Assembly: GCA_011364925.1 (NCBI GenBank)
Contig: RDOA01000076.1
Coordinates: 1-10,379 of the forward strand
Direction: 5' to 3'
DNA: 10,379 nt
Source: Promethearchaeota archaeon
GTDB lineage: Archaea > Asgardarchaeota > Lokiarchaeia > Sigyniarchaeales > SOKP01
Part shown: positions 6,058 to 10,379 of the stretch, piece after piece
Layout of the letters: each line of letters starts with the position of its first letter
Numbering within the stretch: the stretch's first letter is position 1
Notes under the pieces: model-generated
What the model was told of the DNA's origin: nothing
The model's database searches: none
Seen by the model: the letters and a program-made list of their open reading frames with translations, nothing else
Translations under genes and position numbers: made by a program

Positions 6058-6570
6058 TTATAAACAAATCAAAAACGTATTCCTATATCCCGTCTTGCTT
6101 GGTTTGACTCTTCTTGAATACTTAATAAAGTCTTTTCCAATCCTTCTTTTGTCAACTATATACATTATCAAAAGACATAAGAACACAAATGTTATATTGA
6201 TTAGAAAGATAACACTCGTAAAAATTAAAGTTATCCCCTCAACGATAATTATGGTTTCTGTTAGCCTATGGATACTATATTGCCCATAGATATTTATGAT
6301 ATCTATCCCAAATATATCTAACCTCATTGTTATAATCGGAGGATATATAGCTAAAGGAGATACTTCTAAACTCATATCTAACGGAAAGGATAACGGGAGA
6401 TAGTAAGAACTTAAGCCAAACATTCCACCATTAAACCATATGAAACTTGAAGAGATAAATGATACTCCGAAAATAATTGAAGATAAAGTCAAATAGAAAA
6501 GACCTAGTTTTACCTTACTCGGTTTCATTTTGGCTTTATAAATCCAATACAAAATAATGCAAATCAACAA
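6058..6570 (-). CDS. Hypothetical membrane protein (about 3 hydrophobic segments); start uncertain
   Basis: 170-aa ORF that fills the gap between abfD-like and meaB. Hydrophobic runs LICIILYWIY, LGLFYLTLSSIIFGVSFISSSFIWF and IIIVEGITLIFTSVIFLINITFVFLCLLIMYIV are flanked by basic clusters. TTG start, no recognisable family. Confidence 0.6.
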   Translation of the reverse strand: MLICIILYWIYKAKMKPSKVKLGLFYLTLSSIIFGVSFISSSFIWFNGGMFGLSSYYLPLSFPLDMSLEVSPLAIYPPIITMRLDIFGIDIINIYGQYSIHRLTETIIIVEGITLIFTSVIFLINITFVFLCLLIMYIVDKRRIGKDFIKYSRRVKPSKTGYRNTFLICL

Positions 6571-6783
6571 GCTTAGTAGAATACTACTCTCATCTCGTGT
6601 AAATGTTTACCATACAATCATATAAATACTCAATTTACATAAAAGTATCCTCGACTTATAAGCCCTTTTTTGTTCAGACTTCTGAACGATCTCGTATTAT
6701 GTCAAAAACTAAAAAACCAACCTAATATTTTTCTATTTAATTAAGTTATTTGTCAATTTCGAATCTGAGGAATCTATTTTTTC

Positions 6784-7758
6784 ATGAGGAGTAATGAATT
6801 AGAAACTTTGATAGCAAAATTCAAGAACAAAGATAAAATCGCTTTAGCCAGACTAATTACTATTATCGAAAACGAACCTGAGCGAGCACACGAGGTTTTT
6901 AAGCATTTTGAAGATGTGAAACACGAATCTTACATCATTGGATTTACTGGATCTCCTGGTGTGGGTAAGAGTACGTTAACAGGAGCTATTGCCCAAAAGA
7001 TGTTGGACGAGGGTAAATCTGTAGGCATCATTTCTGTAGATCCTACGAGTCCCTTTAGCGGAGGCGCTTTTCTCGGCGATAGGATTCGCATGACTAACAT
7101 TTCCTTACATCCAAATGTCTTTATGCGGAGTCTTGCTTCCAGAGGATATAAGGGAGGAATCTCAAGGGCGGTTTTTGACATCAGTATGCTATACGAAGCC
7201 TTTGGGATGGATATAATTATAATAGAAACTGTTGGCGTTGGACAAGCTGAATTTGATATTTACAACCTCGCGTACACCGTTATTGTTATTCTGGTACCTG
7301 GATACGGTGATGTCATTCAGATGCAAAAAGCAGGGATCATTGAAATTGGAGATATTTATGATGTAAACAAAAAAGATTTAGGGGGAGAAGATATAGCAGT
7401 ACAAATTGAAATGATGCTTGACGATACCACCTTTCAAAGCGGGTATCGACCACCCGTAATTTTAACTGATGCCATAAATGGCGAGGGTATAGACGAATTG
7501 CTTCAATCTATATGGGATCACAAGGAACATCTTGAATTATCTGATCTTTTGAGCGAGAAGAAAAAGAATAGATTCAATTACAAAATTACTGAATTAATAT
7601 ACTCTAAAATTGAAAAGATTTTGAAAGACAGCTTCTTTAACCAAGGTAAAATCAAAGAATTGGTTGAACACGCAATGGACGATGGTAAATTCAAGATTTA
7701 TGAGATAATTCATAAGAAGTTTGAATTAATGAATTTAGAGATTAAAGAGCACGATTAG
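6784..7758 (+). CDS. meaB: MeaB/ArgK/MMAA-family GTPase (chaperone of B12-dependent acyl-CoA mutases)
   Basis: ALARLIT..EN, P-loop GFTGSPGVGKST, VDPTSPFSGGAFLGDRIRM, FMRSLASRG..GG, IIETVGVGQ, GD..Q..KAG..E, G4 NKKD. SD-like TGAGGA at 6766-6771. Confidence 0.93.
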   Translation: MRSNELETLIAKFKNKDKIALARLITIIENEPERAHEVFKHFEDVKHESYIIGFTGSPGVGKSTLTGAIAQKMLDEGKSVGIISVDPTSPFSGGAFLGDRIRMTNISLHPNVFMRSLASRGYKGGISRAVFDISMLYEAFGMDIIIIETVGVGQAEFDIYNLAYTVIVILVPGYGDVIQMQKAGIIEIGDIYDVNKKDLGGEDIAVQIEMMLDDTTFQSGYRPPVILTDAINGEGIDELLQSIWDHKEHLELSDLLSEKKKNRFNYKITELIYSKIEKILKDSFFNQGKIKELVEHAMDDGKFKIYEIIHKKFELMNLEIKEHD

Positions 7759-7786
7759 CTAAATGTCATTTTAAAAATGTTTTTTG

Positions 7787-7816
7787 TGATAAAAATTTTT
7801 TATGATAAAATTTTTA
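7787..7816. repeat. Imperfect tandem duplication in the meaB-amidohydrolase intergenic region
   Basis: TGATAAAAATTTTTTA (7787-7802) is followed directly by TGATAAAATTTTTA (7803-7816). Confidence 0.55.
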
Positions 7817-7839
7817 ATCTTGTTTTCTAAATCGTATCT

Positions 7840-8763
7840 ATGTTCCAACAAAGTAAAAGAATTTCCCTCGAGGGAAAAATGGATGATTGGGGCCCTTTTG
7901 GCGAAAATGAGGGAAAATGGTTAATTTTTTCTATTGGTAACCCGGTAGAAGGTCATGGGTTTGCCTTACCGCGAAATATCGATGATATACAGTCTCAACG
8001 TGTAGCTCATTTAATTTCGTGCAAAACTGGGGCGAGATATGTAGCTCATATACCGTGGGCAACTGATAATTATACTTCAATTGCAACAGACTGGGCACCC
8101 AAATCTATACCCGTAGAAGAACTTGTTGAAAATATCATTAAGTTTATTAAATTCCATATTGATATCTATAAGAAGATGGATTTACCAACCTCAAGAGTGT
8201 TAATATATTCCGGACACGGCGGAAACAATCCTCTTGTTTCATACGAAAAAGTACTAAAGGACGCTCTAAATTTAGATAAGTTAATCATTTCTACTACTGA
8301 GGGTGTGGCAGAAGAAAATGTTGACAGAATTCTTGTCGAATTAGATAAGATTTCTGAAAAAATAGCAAAAAATGGGGAAAATCCTAAGAAGATTCGTGGA
8401 ACCTTAGTCAAAATTTTGCTTAGTAATGCCCACGCGGGTCAGTTTGAACATTCACTAGGAGCCGCTCTTGGTGTATTAGACGAAGAAAAACTTGATATTA
8501 TGAATGAAGAGTTAGAACGGGATTTCGACGCTGCTCTTGCAAAATGGCCACCACTTGGAGGATTGGGTGGTTTTTTGCTTGCTGGAGAGGAATACACAAA
8601 AGCTTTAGGCACGAGAGATAACGACAAATTTGGACTGTGGAAATGCATGAAAACTCTGCGCAAGTTAAATAATGGTAGAGTTCTAATTTTTAAAGAACTG
8701 GGAGAACTAATCTTAAATTTACTTGCGGAATACTATTCTGAGATGATATTAAACGACCTATGA
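7840..8763 (+). CDS. Creatininase-superfamily metal-dependent amidohydrolase (ArfB / FAPy-deformylase-like)
   Basis: The metal-ligand motifs are intact: E37-G-H39-G-x-ALP-xx-I-D48, SG-H126-GGN and H198-AG-xx-E203-HS. HG-x-ALP, rather than HGPHLP, resembles archaeal ArfB as I recall it. Confidence 0.78.
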   Translation: MFQQSKRISLEGKMDDWGPFGENEGKWLIFSIGNPVEGHGFALPRNIDDIQSQRVAHLISCKTGARYVAHIPWATDNYTSIATDWAPKSIPVEELVENIIKFIKFHIDIYKKMDLPTSRVLIYSGHGGNNPLVSYEKVLKDALNLDKLIISTTEGVAEENVDRILVELDKISEKIAKNGENPKKIRGTLVKILLSNAHAGQFEHSLGAALGVLDEEKLDIMNEELERDFDAALAKWPPLGGLGGFLLAGEEYTKALGTRDNDKFGLWKCMKTLRKLNNGRVLIFKELGELILNLLAEYYSEMILNDL

Positions 8764-8850
8764 TATACTCTTCTTTTTTGAATAGGTATTTCTTATTTAT
8801 TCTTTAGAAAAATCATTCAATAAAATATAACTTTAAATTGAATCCAAACG

Positions 8851-8881
8851 TAAATGCATTTATTTAAAGATCTTAAATAAA
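8851..8881. promoter_or_regulatory. Two overlapping palindromes upstream of the transporter (candidate operator)
   Basis: TAAATGCATTTA (8851-8862) is a perfect 12-bp palindrome. TTTATTTAA-AGATC-TTAAATAAA (8859-8881) has 9-bp arms. Confidence 0.4.
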
Positions 8882-8897
8882 AATAAAGGTTATATCG

Positions 8898-10310
8898 ATG
8901 GAACAAAAAACGATGGAAATTAAACACTCTAAAAAGAGCATGATTTCTTATGGATTCGGGAAATACATAAGTGAATTCTTTAATATGTGTTTTGGAGCTT
9001 ATGTGTTTTTTTTTTACGAGAGAGTAATCGGTTTAAATGTTTGGTATACTAGCGCCGGATATATTATATTTGCGATATGGAATGCGTTTAATGATCCTTT
9101 GGTCGGATATTTAACAGATCGTCCTTTTAAATTTACTAAAAGGTGGGGGCGACGATTTCCTTGGGTACTAATTGGTGGTATTCCTTGGATTTTGAGTTAT
9201 CTTCTCATATTCTCACCCCCTACTATAAATCCTGTAGATGGTGCCTGGATTTTATTCTTATGGATTGTAGTTATGACTTGCCTTTATGACACATTTGCTA
9301 GTATATTTGGAGTCAATTTTTATGCTCTTTTCCCCGATAAATTTCGTGATGACAGTGAACGCAGAACTGCTTCTATTTTAAGTACCCTCATAGGAGCTTT
9401 AGGAACTGCCTCTGGAGCAATCATACCAAGCTTATTTATAGTTTGGGAACAGAGAGGAACATATATAGTTCAAGCTGGAGTCGTGGTTATTATTTGCATG
9501 GTTGCGTTAGCACTTGCCATTCCAGGAAGCCGAGAAGATCGAGAACGTATTGATTGTTACCTTGAAAAATGTGAAGAGGGGATGGAAAGAAAATCATTTT
9601 TTAAAGAATTTGGAGGTATACTAAAAAATAAGAATTTTATGGCGTATATAATTTCTTTTATGTTTTACCAATCTTTAGTGGCTATAATGATAGGATCCAT
9701 TCCTTATATTGCAGAAGGCGTATTAGGAGTGGTTGCCGAGGATGTTACATTAATAATGGCATTTTTACTCATAGGGATGTTTGTTTCAATGCCGATTTGG
9801 GGAAAAATTGCCGATAAAACCAACAACGACCGAAGAACAATGATCATCGCTGCAACCGTTTTAACGATTGGTACATTCCCACTTATGTTCATTAGCAATT
9901 ATTACATAATGATTATCGCGATATTTATTTGGGGTTTTTGTGAAGGAGGATATTGGGTTATGCTAGGACCTGTATTTTCAATAGCGATTGATGAATCCGT
10001 AGTATTAACAGGACGTCGAATTGAAGGAACTTATCAAGGATTTCAAACTTTTGTGAGTAGAGCCGCACTAGTAATTCAAGCTCTTACATTCTCAATAGTA
10101 CATACGCTTACAGGATTTAAAGCTCCTACAGCTCCCAATCAACCGCTTCCACCTCAAACAGAGCTCGCAAAATTTGGAATTCAAATACATTTTGCTTTGA
10201 TACCCGCTATTCTCATGTTAATCGCGACGATAATTCTCTGGCGATATTTCAAAATTACTCCTGATGTAGTAAAAGCTAATAAAGAGAAAATTGCAGAGTT
10301 AGGATTGTAA
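8898..10310 (+). CDS. MFS transporter, glycoside-pentoside-hexuronide (GPH / MelB / MFS_2) family
   Basis: 470 aa with about 12 hydrophobic segments. Motifs ISYGFG, WNAFNDPLVGYLTDR...RWGRRFPW, ERR, PIWGKIADK and TGRR-x-EG-x-Y-x-G. SD-like AAGGT before ATG 8898. Confidence 0.92.
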   Translation: MEQKTMEIKHSKKSMISYGFGKYISEFFNMCFGAYVFFFYERVIGLNVWYTSAGYIIFAIWNAFNDPLVGYLTDRPFKFTKRWGRRFPWVLIGGIPWILSYLLIFSPPTINPVDGAWILFLWIVVMTCLYDTFASIFGVNFYALFPDKFRDDSERRTASILSTLIGALGTASGAIIPSLFIVWEQRGTYIVQAGVVVIICMVALALAIPGSREDRERIDCYLEKCEEGMERKSFFKEFGGILKNKNFMAYIISFMFYQSLVAIMIGSIPYIAEGVLGVVAEDVTLIMAFLLIGMFVSMPIWGKIADKTNNDRRTMIIAATVLTIGTFPLMFISNYYIMIIAIFIWGFCEGGYWVMLGPVFSIAIDESVVLTGRRIEGTYQGFQTFVSRAALVIQALTFSIVHTLTGFKAPTAPNQPLPPQTELAKFGIQIHFALIPAILMLIATIILWRYFKITPDVVKANKEKIAELGL

Positions 10311-10341
10311 TTAAAGTGCTTATTCATCTAATAATCTAATC

Positions 10342-10360
10342 TTTTTTTTTAAATTTTTTT
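10342..10360 (+). terminator. Oligo-T terminator-like tract
   Basis: T9-AAA-T7 starts about 31 nt after the transporter stop. Confidence 0.6.
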
Positions 10361-10379
10361 GCCTTTATTTCGCTCTAAG

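Noticed and set aside
6020-6289. 89-aa hydrophobic + strand ORF
   Set aside because: Antisense to the longer 170-aa membrane ORF; hydrophobic shadow ORFs are expected in AT-rich DNA. It cannot be fully excluded because neither ORF has a known family.
4393-7758. Evidence for a 3-hydroxypropionate/4-hydroxybutyrate carbon-fixation cycle (AbfD + MeaB)
   Set aside because: The AbfD homolog appears to lack canonical catalytic residues, no carboxylase, mutase or reductase genes are present, and both families are common in fermentative metabolism.
7756-7842. TAG read-through fusing meaB to the in-frame amidohydrolase (81-nt gap)
   Set aside because: An in-frame TAA at 7828-7830 blocks read-through, and the gap is low-complexity AT-rich DNA.
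8761-8781. Selenocysteine recoding of the amidohydrolase TGA
   Set aside because: The domain is already complete, another in-frame TGA follows within a few codons, and no SECIS-like hairpin is evident.
6930-9898. Minus-strand ORFs 6930-7181, 8166-8411, 8439-8663 and 9704-9898
   Set aside because: Antisense shadows of meaB, the amidohydrolase and the transporter.
1512-10310. A single sulfonate-utilisation operon (ComDE + AbfD-like + hydrolase + transporter)
   Set aside because: The genes are on alternating strands, are interrupted by unrelated genes and are mostly followed by their own T-tracts. No sequence evidence ties them together.
1-10379. CRISPR arrays, tRNA/rRNA genes, IS elements
   Set aside because: I saw no regularly spaced repeats, no GC-rich structured RNA-like segments in the short AT-rich intergenic regions, and no transposase or integrase ORFs.

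Overview
AT-rich archaeal chromosomal segment, most consistent with an Asgard archaeon of the Lokiarchaeia type. This is an inference from a stand-alone Roadblock/LC7 gene, a surface protein ending in a PGY-TM-basic (Loki-CTERM-like) tail, a GPH-type MFS transporter with a WNAxNDP motif, TATA-like promoters and oligo-T terminators. There are nine credible CDSs: TIGR00266/AIM24-family protein (-), Roadblock/LC7 protein (-), fused ComD-ComE-like ThDP decarboxylase (+), secreted membrane-anchored beta-sandwich glycoprotein (-), AbfD/4-hydroxybutyryl-CoA dehydratase-like FAD/[4Fe-4S] enzyme (-), hypothetical membrane protein (-), MeaB/ArgK GTPase (+), creatininase/ArfB-family amidohydrolase (+) and GPH/MFS transporter (+). 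I see no RNA genes, CRISPR arrays or mobile elements. The genes alternate in orientation and mostly carry their own terminator-like tracts, so I cannot support a single coherent new operon. The best leads are: (1) an AbfD paralog that keeps the cluster ligands but appears to have a rewired active site; (2) a divergent fused ComDE outside any coenzyme M or phosphonate gene context; (3) a nested-domain surface protein; (4) several intergenic palindromes and a shared 5' leader motif. All comparisons to reference proteins are from recalled motifs and need alignment to confirm.
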